IMG/VR virus record: IMGVR_UViG_3300009545_000002
Location: 9,388-73,387 of that record
Strand: one strand, 5' to 3'
DNA from: a virus
DNA: 64,000 nt
In this document: piece by piece, positions 32,708 to 41,506 of the stretch
How positions within the stretch are numbered: position 1 is the stretch's first letter
Layout of the letters: each line of letters begins with the position of its first letter
Translations under genes and position numbers: made by a program
The notes under the pieces: model-generated
What the model saw: the letters and a program-made list of their open reading frames with translations, nothing else
What the model was told of the DNA's origin: nothing
The model's database searches: none

Positions 32708-33243
32708 TTCCGTTTGCGGCCGGCCTGGCCGATCTGCGCGGCGAGCCGCTCGGTTTCGCTCTTGACGTAGGCGATGTCCTTGTACGTCTCCATGCCCCTG
32801 CTCTCGAAACCGAGCGCCTCGCGCACCGCGACCATGTCCGGCACCACGTCGAATAAGTGCCCGGTGTCGAAACCGATCCAGTAGCCGCGCTTCATCTCGC
32901 GGCGATTGAACTTCGTCGCCCAGCTGACGCCGCCGTGCACGGTCAAGCGGCTCAGGCGCCGGCCGTTGATGTCCCGGGTCGCGCGCCGCATGAAGGCCTT
33001 GTTCATCAGGTGTGGGCCTGGCCCATTTGGCGGGCGTAGCGGCGGCCGCCGGCAGCGCGGCGGCGGGTACATCGGATGCCCTCGTGGCACGCGCACGTAG
33101 CCGCACAGCTGGTGCACCGTGCCGCGCAAGATGGCGCACTTCAGCCCGGTGGCCTGATCGATCCAGTGCAGCCTATTCGGCTCGGAGTCCCAGGGTCCCG
33201 GGGCGCGCTGCGGTGGCCATTCCTGTCTCGCCTTCATCAGCAC
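32704..33243 (-). CDS. hypothetical phage protein
   Basis: GPWDSEP, LCGYV, VHGGVSW, WIGFDTGH. Confidence 0.7.
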   Translation of the reverse strand: MLMKARQEWPPQRAPGPWDSEPNRLHWIDQATGLKCAILRGTVHQLCGYVRVPRGHPMYPPPRCRRPPLRPPNGPGPHLMNKAFMRRATRDINGRRLSRLTVHGGVSWATKFNRREMKRGYWIGFDTGHLFDVVPDMVAVREALGFESRGMETYKDIAYVKSETERLAAQIGQAGRKRK

Positions 33244-33482
33244 GGTTTGATCTCCTGTTCGATAGTCACAACTTCGCCCAGCACCAGGTCGCGATAGACG
33301 CCGTCGTCATCCTGCAGCACCGGCATCGACCCGAAGTAGATGCCCTCAGATTCGCCACCCGACAGCGCACCATCGAAGCTGAACATCAGGCTCTTGCCGT
33401 TCGGCGAAGCGAGGATGACCATCGCCTTGACCGTCTCGCCGCCGTAGGTCAGCCGCACGAACTGGCCGCGTTCGAGCGTCAT
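33237..33482 (-). CDS. hypothetical protein
   Basis: GAGG RBS; VILASPNGKSL. Confidence 0.55.
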   Translation of the reverse strand: MTLERGQFVRLTYGGETVKAMVILASPNGKSLMFSFDGALSGGESEGIYFGSMPVLQDDDGVYRDLVLGEVVTIEQEIKPC

Positions 33483-33567
33483 GCGTCGCCTCTCGGAAAG
33501 CGCTGGGCCTGCAGCTGCAGCGCGAGCGCGGCGCTGGCGGCGGCAAGTTCGCGTTGTCGGGCGCGCG

Positions 33568-33810
33568 TCATTCGGCGAACCCGTCAAAGGATGGATGCTT
33601 GCGCTCGATGCACAGCCGGCACAGCGGCGGATGCGAGCAGCCGGCCAGCACCATCGCGCCGCAGTCCGGGCAGTGGTACATGCCGATCGGGCTGTTGGCC
33701 AGGAGCTCCGGCTTCTCGTCGCAGTTCGCTTCGAAGAGCGGGCCCTCGGCGTAGCAGCGGCAGCAGAGCGCGCCGCCGGCCAGGCCGCTCACGGTGAATT
33801 CAGTGGCCAT
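33568..33810 (-). CDS. Cys-rich hypothetical protein
   Basis: PIGMYHCPDCGAMVLAG. Confidence 0.6.
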   Translation of the reverse strand: MATEFTVSGLAGGALCCRCYAEGPLFEANCDEKPELLANSPIGMYHCPDCGAMVLAGCSHPPLCRLCIERKHPSFDGFAE

Positions 33811-34114
33811 CGCCAAACTCCCGGGCGAAGAACAGCTCGCGGATGCGCCACAAAAGCGGGATCGGGCGCGCTCGGTATCCCGGCGGCGTTTCGATCATCT
33901 GCCCGAAGCCGTCGACACCCCAAAGGCGCCGGTCGGCCGGGTCGAGCACGTTCATCACGGTGCCGCACCGCGTGCACTTGATGTTCATCATCCTGCCGCC
34001 GCGCGGGCCTGGCAGGTAGCCGGTCCCGTTGCAGCATGGCCAGCGGCCGCGCTGGTACCAGGCGTGTCGCTCTTCGCGGGTCATCTCGCGCATGACGACG
34101 TCGCACTCGCTCAC
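33800..34114 (-). CDS. Zn-ribbon hypothetical protein
   Basis: PCCNG...GPRGG...CTRCG. Confidence 0.6.
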   Translation of the reverse strand: MSECDVVMREMTREERHAWYQRGRWPCCNGTGYLPGPRGGRMMNIKCTRCGTVMNVLDPADRRLWGVDGFGQMIETPPGYRARPIPLLWRIRELFFAREFGDGH

Positions 34115-34338
34115 AGCCAGAGCTCCATGACGTACTTCTCGTCCCTCGGGTCGCGCGGCACCCTGTGCAAATGCCCTGGCAGCCTGGCGCGCACGTCTTC
34201 GAGCGAGCCACCGACGATCACGTCGGCCGTCGGTCGCGGGCCGGTGGGATGCACTTCATGCCGCCGCGCAACGTAGCACTCTGGCCGGTCCTTCGGATGG
34301 TCGTAGACCACCCAGATCGAGAGCACGTCTTCGTTCAT
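34111..34338 (-). CDS. hypothetical protein
   Basis: WVVYDHPKDRP...VARR; coupled ORF. Confidence 0.65.
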   Translation of the reverse strand: MNEDVLSIWVVYDHPKDRPECYVARRHEVHPTGPRPTADVIVGGSLEDVRARLPGHLHRVPRDPRDEKYVMELWL

Positions 34339-34577
34339 CAGTGGCCCCCCTCTTTGACGCCGGTCACCACCGTGTCCGGGCCGATCAGGTCGGCCAGTTC
34401 AGCCGCGATGGCTGTCTCGGTCGCGCCGTACATGATGTAAACCTCGCCTTTGCCGCCCATCGGCTCGAGCTGCACGAGGATCCCCTGGCCCCGCTTGAGC
34501 CGCCTGATGCTCTCTTCGGTGATGCCCAGCACGTAGATCGCGCGTCCGTCCGAACTGGTGGCGCTCGCCTTGATCAT
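34338..34577 (-). CDS. hypothetical protein
   Basis: GGAG RBS; LGITEESIRRLKRGQ. Confidence 0.6.
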   Translation of the reverse strand: MIKASATSSDGRAIYVLGITEESIRRLKRGQGILVQLEPMGGKGEVYIMYGATETAIAAELADLIGPDTVVTGVKEGGH

Positions 34578-34590
34578 TGTTCGACTCCAT

Positions 34591-34803
34591 TCAGAGGGTT
34601 GGTGCGCGCGCACCGCAGATGAAACACCGCTTGCCCGGCCGCAAATTGCATTTGCCGCAGGGCGCGGAAGGGTCCGGCCCGTCGTCGTCCGGCAGCGCCA
34701 GCACGCGCTCGATCTCTGCGATCCACTGATCACCGTAGAGCAACAGCGGGCGCGCGGTGCGCAACTCGTCGAGCAGCCTGCGCATCGCTTCGTACTTGAT
34801 CAT
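34591..34803 (-). CDS. small Zn-finger protein
   Basis: CGKC and CFICG. Confidence 0.55.
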   Translation of the reverse strand: MIKYEAMRRLLDELRTARPLLLYGDQWIAEIERVLALPDDDGPDPSAPCGKCNLRPGKRCFICGARAPTL

Positions 34804-34804
34804 C

Positions 34805-35050
34805 TCAGTGCTCCGTCGGTGGGCGCATCGTCCGCATCGTGTCGTCAGGGATCGGGCCCCACACGTCGATACCCGCTCGGATCAAGAGCTCGATGACCTC
34901 AGTCACCTGGGCCCAGTTCTCGAATACCACGACAGGCCCTACCGTGCTCTTGCTTTCGGCGTGCCGTAGCCATTCGAGCGTAACAACTCGCTCTCCGGGG
35001 TTGTTCGCGTTTTCGAGGACTTCGACGGCGGGCGTTAGAGGCGGCTTCAC
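34805..35050 (-). CDS. hypothetical protein
   Basis: GTGA overlap with upstream gene. Confidence 0.5.
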   Translation of the reverse strand: MKPPLTPAVEVLENANNPGERVVTLEWLRHAESKSTVGPVVVFENWAQVTEVIELLIRAGIDVWGPIPDDTMRTMRPPTEH

Positions 35051-35691
35051 GGCTTGATCCCTTCGAGCAGCAACTTGGCCAGGTTGTCGGCGCCGTAGAC
35101 GGTCATCGCGGCCGAGTGCTGGATCTCGGCTTCGAGGCTGAAAAGTTTTCCGACCTTGCCGCCCGGGTGCTTGTTCATGTCGCAGAGGTCCGGTTCGGTG
35201 ACCACCAGGTATTTGCGGCAGTTGCCGGGGCGGTGTTCGTAGACGCGGCAGGCGCGGTCTTCGCCGAGGAACACGCAGCGCTGATCCTCGATCGACAGTT
35301 CGCGCCAGGTGTCCGCGTTCTTCGTCGCCTGCCGTGCGAGCCGCGCATAGTCGATCTCGATGCCGTCGTCGTGGGCCAGCATGAGCAGTAGCTGCGCCTC
35401 TTGCGGAAAGACGTCCACGTGCACGTGGCAGCACGCGGCGCAGCCCTTGCGGCATTGCACGTTCGGCGCGTGCTCCGACGTAGCCAGCATGCGGCGCATG
35501 CTGTCGTCGACGGCATTGTGGATCGAGAATGCCACGCTCTCCGGTATCGCCTCGTGCTCGATGCGCACCCACTCTTTGCGGTAGTGCTTGAAGCACTCGA
35601 GCGCGACGCGGCGCTCATCGTCCTGCATTTGCGCCGTGGCTTCCTTGAGCGTGCTGCTGACGTAGCCCAGGGCAGGGTCAGTGAGCTTCAT
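35047..35691 (-). CDS. YkgJ/CxxCxxCC cysteine-cluster protein
   Basis: CRKGCAACC and CVFL....CRVYEHRPGNCR. Confidence 0.88.
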   Translation of the reverse strand: MKLTDPALGYVSSTLKEATAQMQDDERRVALECFKHYRKEWVRIEHEAIPESVAFSIHNAVDDSMRRMLATSEHAPNVQCRKGCAACCHVHVDVFPQEAQLLLMLAHDDGIEIDYARLARQATKNADTWRELSIEDQRCVFLGEDRACRVYEHRPGNCRKYLVVTEPDLCDMNKHPGGKVGKLFSLEAEIQHSAAMTVYGADNLAKLLLEGIKP

Positions 35692-35921
35692 TGCGCCACC
35701 CAGACCGCGCGGCCGACGAATTCCATTTCATCCCACAGCGGCCGGTAGTACGCCTGCCCGCCGGCTGTTTCGCGCGACTCGCCGAGCGCCTGCACGTAGC
35801 CCTGACAGCCGAACTTCTTCGGCTCGGACACGATGAGCATGCAGGCGGCGAAAGCCCGATTGCGGACGGTCTCTGGATTCAGCTGCACCACGTCGCCGGG
35901 CTGTAGGTCACGAGGTTCCAT
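35688..35921 (-). CDS. hypothetical protein
   Basis: LQPGDVVQLNP, GQAYYR. Confidence 0.65.
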   Translation of the reverse strand: MEPRDLQPGDVVQLNPETVRNRAFAACMLIVSEPKKFGCQGYVQALGESRETAGGQAYYRPLWDEMEFVGRAVWVAQ

Positions 35922-35923
35922 GG

Positions 35924-36475
35924 TCAGTGCGTTTCATGGCCGGGTGCGTTCTGCATGACGAAGCGGCCGACCCATTCGCCGCCCACAGGTATGGGTTTGA
36001 AGGTCGCGACGCGTTTGGGGCCGCTGATCGGGCACATGCCGGGGAAGCTGCGCTCGGCGGTGTGGACCGTGACCATGATCATCTCGCCGCGGTCCGGGTG
36101 GTCCTCGAGCGAGTCAATTCCTTCGTAGACATCCGGCGACTTCGACGCCAGGTGCCAGGCCTCGGTCAAGTGCACGACCAGCTTGGGCGCTCCGGACGTG
36201 CCAGTCATCCCGGCCAGGTCGGCGCCCATTTTCGAGAGCAACAGGCGGATGAACAGCATCAGCCGATCCTTCGACTCGCCGGTTTCTTGCAGATCGTTCA
36301 CCAGACTCGATTCGATGAAGGTCATGTCGCCGAGCGTGCCTGGCTCGTCGCCAAGGCAGACCGCGACCAGCTGCGGTTGGACTTTCTTCTTCTCGTTGAA
36401 GATCTCGACGGCCTTGCCGGCAAAGAAGTCGTAGGCGGCCGTGATGTCGGCGCCCTCGGGTTCGCGCGTGCTCAT
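35924..36475 (-). CDS. hypothetical protein
   Basis: HLTEAW, HPDRGE; sits in the leftward operon. Confidence 0.65.
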   Translation of the reverse strand: MSTREPEGADITAAYDFFAGKAVEIFNEKKKVQPQLVAVCLGDEPGTLGDMTFIESSLVNDLQETGESKDRLMLFIRLLLSKMGADLAGMTGTSGAPKLVVHLTEAWHLASKSPDVYEGIDSLEDHPDRGEMIMVTVHTAERSFPGMCPISGPKRVATFKPIPVGGEWVGRFVMQNAPGHETH

Positions 36476-36478
36476 GGT

Positions 36479-38080
36479 TCAGGCCGCCGCGCGTTGGAGC
36501 TCTTCGATCGCTTGGATCACATGGCCCGCGGTGGACTTGACGTAGATCGGTGAGATCCCGGCGGCCTTGATCTTGAACTTCAGCGAGTGCGGGACGCGCT
36601 GCGTGATCATGATGCAGTGCCGACCACGGTGCGGCGCATAGGTGCCGCTGTCGGGATCGAAGAAGCGCAGGTCGGCGCCGCCGTTGATGGCTGTCTTGAC
36701 CTGCTGTTCCATGCTGCCGTTGTTCAGGCCGACGACATCGACTTTGAGAAGGCGCACGCGCTCGGCTTCAGGCTGCGGTTCTGCTGCTGCCTCGGGCGCT
36801 GCAGGGACCTCCGGATATTCCATATCCATCGCCGGCGCGCTCACCGGGCCCAGCTCGGCCTCGACGATCTTGTGCACCGTCGCGCGCATGCTCTGCTCGA
36901 TCTGCTGCGCGATCTGCTGGCTCGTGATCGCGGCCATCGCGCTCATGCGTTCGGCGATGTTGTGCATCACGGACTGCGCGTGCACCGCCAGCAGGTCATC
37001 GAGTGCGCGCATGACGGTGGCGCCGAAGGCCTGGGCGGCCGCTGAGAGCGCGCGTGGCGGCTGGGTAGGGGGTAGGTGGCCGGTGGCCGGTTCAGGCGCT
37101 TGTGCGGCCTGCACGGCCTGCTGGGGCTCTGCTTGCGCCTCTGGTTCTGCTGCTTGCGGCTCGGGCTCCGCCTCGGCAGGTGGCGGGTCGGCCGGCAGCA
37201 GCCATTCGTTCGCTGTGCCGTGGGCGATCAGCTTCTCGAGGTAGCCTCCAGTGGTGCCGCTCTGGATGCTTGGGATGCTGCGGCGTCGGTCGATGTCGAG
37301 CACCAGTTCCTGCGCCTCGATGACGAGCCGCGATAACGCGCGAGTGTCGCCTTCGCTGCGCCATCGGTTGACCTGCCGGGCAATGCGCGCCTTCTCCATC
37401 GTGGTCCAACGGACAGCCCCTTCGCCGGAATAGTCACGGCCCTCGTCGATCGAACGCTTCGGTGTTTGTGTCGGCTTGAGCGGGGTTGCAGGTGCCGCTG
37501 CAGGCGCAGGCGTCTCCTGCTTCGCTGCCTCGAGCTCGAGCTCATGACGTAGCGTCAAGCGCGCCGCGTGCATCCCTGTCTCATACCAGTTCGCGAAGGA
37601 CTTCGCCTCGATGTTCTGCCGGCGTCGCTCGGGCGGCAGGACTATCTCTTGCGCACGAAAAAGGGCATCGCGTGGCTTCGCTTTCGAGAGTTCATCACGC
37701 GTCAGGTGGGCTTGCAGGCGCGCGATGCACTCACACAGCTGGCGCTTCTCGGCGTCGTTCCACTGGACCCGCTTGACGGTCTCTGGTTCGCCTTCAGACG
37801 CGCGATCGAGCCATGGGGTCACCTGAGTGGCGGCAGGCTTGTATTTCGCGCCCTTGGTGACGCCTGCTAGCTTTCGCTGCCTTCGGATGGCTCGGATCGC
37901 TGAGACGAACCATTGGATCTTCGCGGTTGTCGTCACCTTGCGTTGCCGGTCCGGCGGAAGGACGGTTGCTTGTGCCAGGTGGAACAGTTCGCTGATCGAG
38001 CTGATGTTTCCGGCGCGTTGAAGGCGGATCCCCTCGTCGCGGACGGCATGTACTTCGGCCTCTGTCCAGTAGATTCCCAA
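36479..38080 (-). CDS. large protein with three W(T/N)xxE...AQxxVLxxxRxR repeat domains
   Basis: AAGGAG RBS plus TTG start; three internal repeats, Pro/Ala/Glu linker, coiled coil. Confidence 0.75.
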   Translation of the reverse strand: MGIYWTEAEVHAVRDEGIRLQRAGNISSISELFHLAQATVLPPDRQRKVTTTAKIQWFVSAIRAIRRQRKLAGVTKGAKYKPAATQVTPWLDRASEGEPETVKRVQWNDAEKRQLCECIARLQAHLTRDELSKAKPRDALFRAQEIVLPPERRRQNIEAKSFANWYETGMHAARLTLRHELELEAAKQETPAPAAAPATPLKPTQTPKRSIDEGRDYSGEGAVRWTTMEKARIARQVNRWRSEGDTRALSRLVIEAQELVLDIDRRRSIPSIQSGTTGGYLEKLIAHGTANEWLLPADPPPAEAEPEPQAAEPEAQAEPQQAVQAAQAPEPATGHLPPTQPPRALSAAAQAFGATVMRALDDLLAVHAQSVMHNIAERMSAMAAITSQQIAQQIEQSMRATVHKIVEAELGPVSAPAMDMEYPEVPAAPEAAAEPQPEAERVRLLKVDVVGLNNGSMEQQVKTAINGGADLRFFDPDSGTYAPHRGRHCIMITQRVPHSLKFKIKAAGISPIYVKSTAGHVIQAIEELQRAAA

Positions 38081-38115
38081 TCGTCTCTCCTTGTTATGGC
38101 CCTCGAAGGGTAGGA

Positions 38116-38143
38116 ATGTATTGCCAACTGTCATCGAGTCAAA
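38116..38143 (-). promoter_or_regulatory. putative sigma70 promoter for 36479..38080
   Basis: TTGACT-N16-TACATT on minus strand. Confidence 0.45.
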
Positions 38144-38176
38144 GCCGTGAAGATTGCCACGCGCACGTCATGGACG

Positions 38177-38204
38177 AAAAAAAGCCGCCCTCAGATGGGG
38201 CGGC
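38177..38204 (-). terminator. intrinsic terminator downstream of integrase
   Basis: Minus strand GCCGCCCC-atctg-AGGGCGGC-TTTTTTT. Confidence 0.75.
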
Positions 38205-38296
38205 ATCGATCAAGGGGACAGTGGCACAGCGTAGCACCGGTGAGACTCCTTGGGTTTGTGGCGATTGACTTGAGACGGTCGGACGGTCTAAAGCGA

Positions 38297-39382
38297 TCAG
38301 CGCTTCTTCGGTCCGCGGCCCGACATCGCCACGCTGTCCGGCAGACGCTTGGCGGCCTCGCTCGCGTCGTAGTTGTAGTAGGTGTCGCGCAGCAGCCGGA
38401 TGTCCTTCGTGCCCACCGCCTTGGACAGCTCGATCACGTCCAGGAATCTGCACAGGCGCGTGCAGGCCTCGTGCTTCGTGTCGTGGAAGTGCAGGTCGAC
38501 GATGCCGGCCTGCTTCACCGCCTTGCGCCATAGCGCATCGCGCTGGCTGTCGTCGATGCCGACGATGTAGGGCTGGTCCGCGGGCATGGTCGCGAGCAGC
38601 TGCTCGATCAGGCGCCGCGCGCTGCCCGAGAGCGGCACGTTGCGGCTCGCGTCGACCGTGGCGCGGCCGCTCTTCGCGCCCTTGCGTCCGCCCTTCTCGA
38701 GTGCCGAGACGTGCACGTAGTCGTCTTCCGGGAAGAAGTCGATCGGGCGCAGGCGCAGCAGTTCGCCCGAGCGCATGCCGGTCTCCAGGCTGAGCAGGAA
38801 GCAGGCGCCGACGCGTGAGGTCAAGGTGCGCAGCTGCGGATCGAACTTGTAGCCGGTGGCGATGTTGATCGCCTCGACTTCCTTGTCGGTGAGCAGCGGC
38901 CGCTTGCGCGGCTTGCCCTTCGGCGGCCGGCGTGCGCCGTGGCAGGGGTTGACGTCGATCCAGCGGCGGTCCTTCACCGCGTAGGTGAACGCGCCGCTCA
39001 TCAGGTTCATCTCGCGGTTGACCGTCGCGTCGCTGACTTCCTCGCCGCGGCGCGCCATCCACTCGTTGATGTCGTGCGTCACAATGTCCGCGAGCCGCCG
39101 CTCCGCGAGCGGATCCAGACACCAATTGTCGATGCGTATCTTGTTCCACTTCGCCGAATCCGTCTTCAGCGCCACCGCATCGAGGTACGCCTCGAACAGC
39201 TGGCCGACCGTCACGCCGGCCGCCCTGGTCGGCGTCAGCTGGCCGATTTCCTTCTTCCGCTCCATCTTGTCCGCCCAGGCCTGGGCCTCGACCTGGGTGT
39301 CGAAGGTGGCGGTTTTTCGGGTGCCGCCCGGGATGCGGACGGTCACTCGAAAGGTGTCGCCGCGTGGGGTTATTGCTGCCAT
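38297..39382 (-). CDS. int: tyrosine integrase
   Basis: N-terminal KTATFDTQVEAQAWA; ATVNREMNLMS; LETGMRSGEL; HFHDTKHEA; TYY. Confidence 0.92.
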   Translation of the reverse strand: MAAITPRGDTFRVTVRIPGGTRKTATFDTQVEAQAWADKMERKKEIGQLTPTRAAGVTVGQLFEAYLDAVALKTDSAKWNKIRIDNWCLDPLAERRLADIVTHDINEWMARRGEEVSDATVNREMNLMSGAFTYAVKDRRWIDVNPCHGARRPPKGKPRKRPLLTDKEVEAINIATGYKFDPQLRTLTSRVGACFLLSLETGMRSGELLRLRPIDFFPEDDYVHVSALEKGGRKGAKSGRATVDASRNVPLSGSARRLIEQLLATMPADQPYIVGIDDSQRDALWRKAVKQAGIVDLHFHDTKHEACTRLCRFLDVIELSKAVGTKDIRLLRDTYYNYDASEAAKRLPDSVAMSGRGPKKR

Positions 39383-39549
39383 GGTGTCGTCCTTGGTGTC
39401 ATCGAGGGGCCTGCCCTGGCACCAGCGCCAACCTGGAAATCGTGGTGTCAGCGCTGGTGCCAGGGCTACCGACACTTTACCCGATTCCCCTGGGGCCAGG
39501 CCGGGCCCACTGGGGCCGGGTGACACCAAGACGGGCCGCACCGGACATG

Positions 39550-39587
39550 AAAAAAGCCCCGTAAATCAACGACTTACGGGGCTTTTT
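39550..39587. terminator. bidirectional terminator hairpin next to attP
   Basis: AAAAAAGCCCCGTAA-atcaacgac-TTACGGGGCTTTTT. Confidence 0.8.
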
Positions 39588-39599
39588 GCTTGCTTACCC

Positions 39600-39613
39600 T
39601 GGTGCCCAGGAGA
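39600..39613 (-). other. candidate attP core (tRNA-Leu 3' end)
   Basis: Minus strand TCTCCTGGGCACCA resembles the 3' end of proteobacterial tRNA-Leu(CAG); lies between xis and int and is followed by a terminator. Confidence 0.7.
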
Positions 39614-39739
39614 AGCACCCAAAGTGAGTGTTTATGCGGCCTGCAGAGAATTTGGTGTCGGACTTGACACCACAGAGTGAAAAGTAGGACTCGATCTCGA
39701 CTCGAAGCCCACTCCGGACTCACCTGGTCCGACTCCAAA

Positions 39740-40054
39740 TTAGCTTTCGACCTTGTTCCTCGGGCGGCCGATTTTGGCCTTGGGGGACTCGTACTCGTGG
39801 GCCGAGATCCACGTCAGGATCGCCGAGCGCCGCCACCTTGGACGGCTCTTTCCCTTGCCCGTCCCGGTGTCCAGATGGATCGCTTTCGGGAAGGTCGGCG
39901 AGTGCGCAAAGTGCTCGGTCACCGAGCGCGGCTCGCAGTTGATCAGGGCGGCCACGTCGTCGGTGTTGAGCAGCGGGTCCTCGATTTCGGCCCGGCGCAG
40001 CTCCTTGGCGATGACCTTGCCGAGGGCTTCGATTTCACTCGCGTCCATGTTCAT
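39740..40054 (-). CDS. excisionase/AlpA-like HTH protein
   Basis: LLNTDDVAALI, FPKAI, RPRWRRSAILTW; adjacent to att and int. Confidence 0.75.
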   Translation of the reverse strand: MNMDASEIEALGKVIAKELRRAEIEDPLLNTDDVAALINCEPRSVTEHFAHSPTFPKAIHLDTGTGKGKSRPRWRRSAILTWISAHEYESPKAKIGRPRNKVES

Positions 40055-40467
40055 GCTTCCCCTTCGGTTGGGAAAAGGTCTGTCGTGCGCGCCTGCAGCT
40101 TCCGCGTCATGTACGCGCTGGTGATGTGATGTGGTTGATCGTAGGCCAGGTGATGCCGCTGGCACCAGGCCCGCAAATTCTCGGGATCGCAATGCTCTGG
40201 CACGTGATCCAGATGGGCGATCGTCAGCACGATGCGGACGATGCGCTCGTCCTTCTCGATCGACTCCGCCAGCTCGAAGTCGAAGGTGCCCGGCGTGCTC
40301 GGGTGCACGATCTGCTTGAACAGCCCATCGCGCCAGACACCGACGGCAAGGTGTCGCGCGCCGCATCCTTCCCATTCGCAGCGGTAGCCGGCGCGGCTCA
40401 TGATCTGCACGCGGACGTCTTGCCAGTCGGCGGGGTAGCGGGCTTTGTTCTCGGGCTTGATCGGCAT
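40051..40467 (-). CDS. HNH-like protein
   Basis: RYPADW, RAGYRCEWEGC, VLTIAHLDH.PEHCDPENLRAWCQRHH. Confidence 0.8.
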   Translation of the reverse strand: MPIKPENKARYPADWQDVRVQIMSRAGYRCEWEGCGARHLAVGVWRDGLFKQIVHPSTPGTFDFELAESIEKDERIVRIVLTIAHLDHVPEHCDPENLRAWCQRHHLAYDQPHHITSAYMTRKLQARTTDLFPTEGEA

Positions 40468-40476
40468 GGGCAGGTC

Positions 40477-40698
40477 TCAGGTCGGGTCGGTGTGGGTGAT
40501 GGTTCGTGAAGCCTTGAGCGCGGCGTGAATCTTGGTCAGCGCCTTGTCGTACTGCTCGAGCCAGTAGCGGGCATCGCCGTCGACGCGGCCCATTGCGTCA
40601 CTGTGGCTGCGCAGCAGGATCGCCCGGTCGTGCTGGATGACATCCTTCGCGGCGAGCAGGGCGCGCCTGATGGTGGCATGGGCGGGTCTGTCTTTCAT
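40477..40698 (-). CDS. hypothetical protein
   Basis: ATG directly follows a repeat-derived GAGAGCGCC RBS. Confidence 0.55.
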   Translation of the reverse strand: MKDRPAHATIRRALLAAKDVIQHDRAILLRSHSDAMGRVDGDARYWLEQYDKALTKIHAALKASRTITHTDPT

Positions 40699-41506
40699 GG
40701 CGCTCTCTCTTTACGGTGCTCTCGCGCAAGGTGGCTCGCTCAGCTGAGGTGGTGCTCTCTTGGGATATGGCTCGCACAGGATCTTTGGTGCTCTCGCGCA
40801 GGGGTGGCTCGCTCACTGGGAGGTGGTGCTCTCGCAGATCGTGGCTCGCTCGCTTGACATGGCGCTCTCGCCCTTTTGGCTCGCTCGTCTGTCATGGTTC
40901 TCTCCCGCAGGGGTGGCTCGCTCCAGGGGTAAGGTTCTCTCGGTGAACTGGGCTCGCTCTCAGCTGATGGTTCTCTCTGAGCCGCTGGCTCGCTCCGTGG
41001 GATTGGTGCTCTTCTTCGCTATGGCTCGCTCATTGTCATTGGGGCTCTCCGTACTCATGGCTCGCTCATGGGTTTAGGTGCTCTCGCGCTGAGTGGCTCG
41101 CTCATGGACTCGTGGTTCTCTCTGAGTTCCTGGCTCGCTCCCGATACGTGGTGCTCGTGGTGCTCTTCGAGACGATGGCTCGCTCATCACCAATGGTGCT
41201 CTCGGACAGAATGGCTCGCTCTTGCAGCATGGTTCTCTGCTGGTTGACGGCTCGCTCAACTCGTATGGTTCTCTCGCACTTTGTGGCTCGCTCATGAGCT
41301 CTGGCTCTCTTTGGGCGTCTGGCTCGCTCGTTGTAGATGGGTCTCTCCGGATGAATGGCTCGCTCCGTTCCATTGGTTCACTCACGCTTTCAGGCTCGCT
41401 CGGCAGGTAGGGTGCCCTCTGAAGACTTGGCTCGCTTGCGATCGATGGTGCTCTCGCTAACCGGGGCTCGCTCTTGCAACTTGGTGCTCTCTCACTCAAC
41501 GGCTCA
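40698..41506 (-). ncRNA. TIGR-like dual-repeat guide array 2 (about 22 units of 36 nt)
   Basis: Alternating GAGCGAGCCA and GAGAG(C/A)ACCA repeats on minus strand, separated by variable 7-9 nt spacers. Confidence 0.88.
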
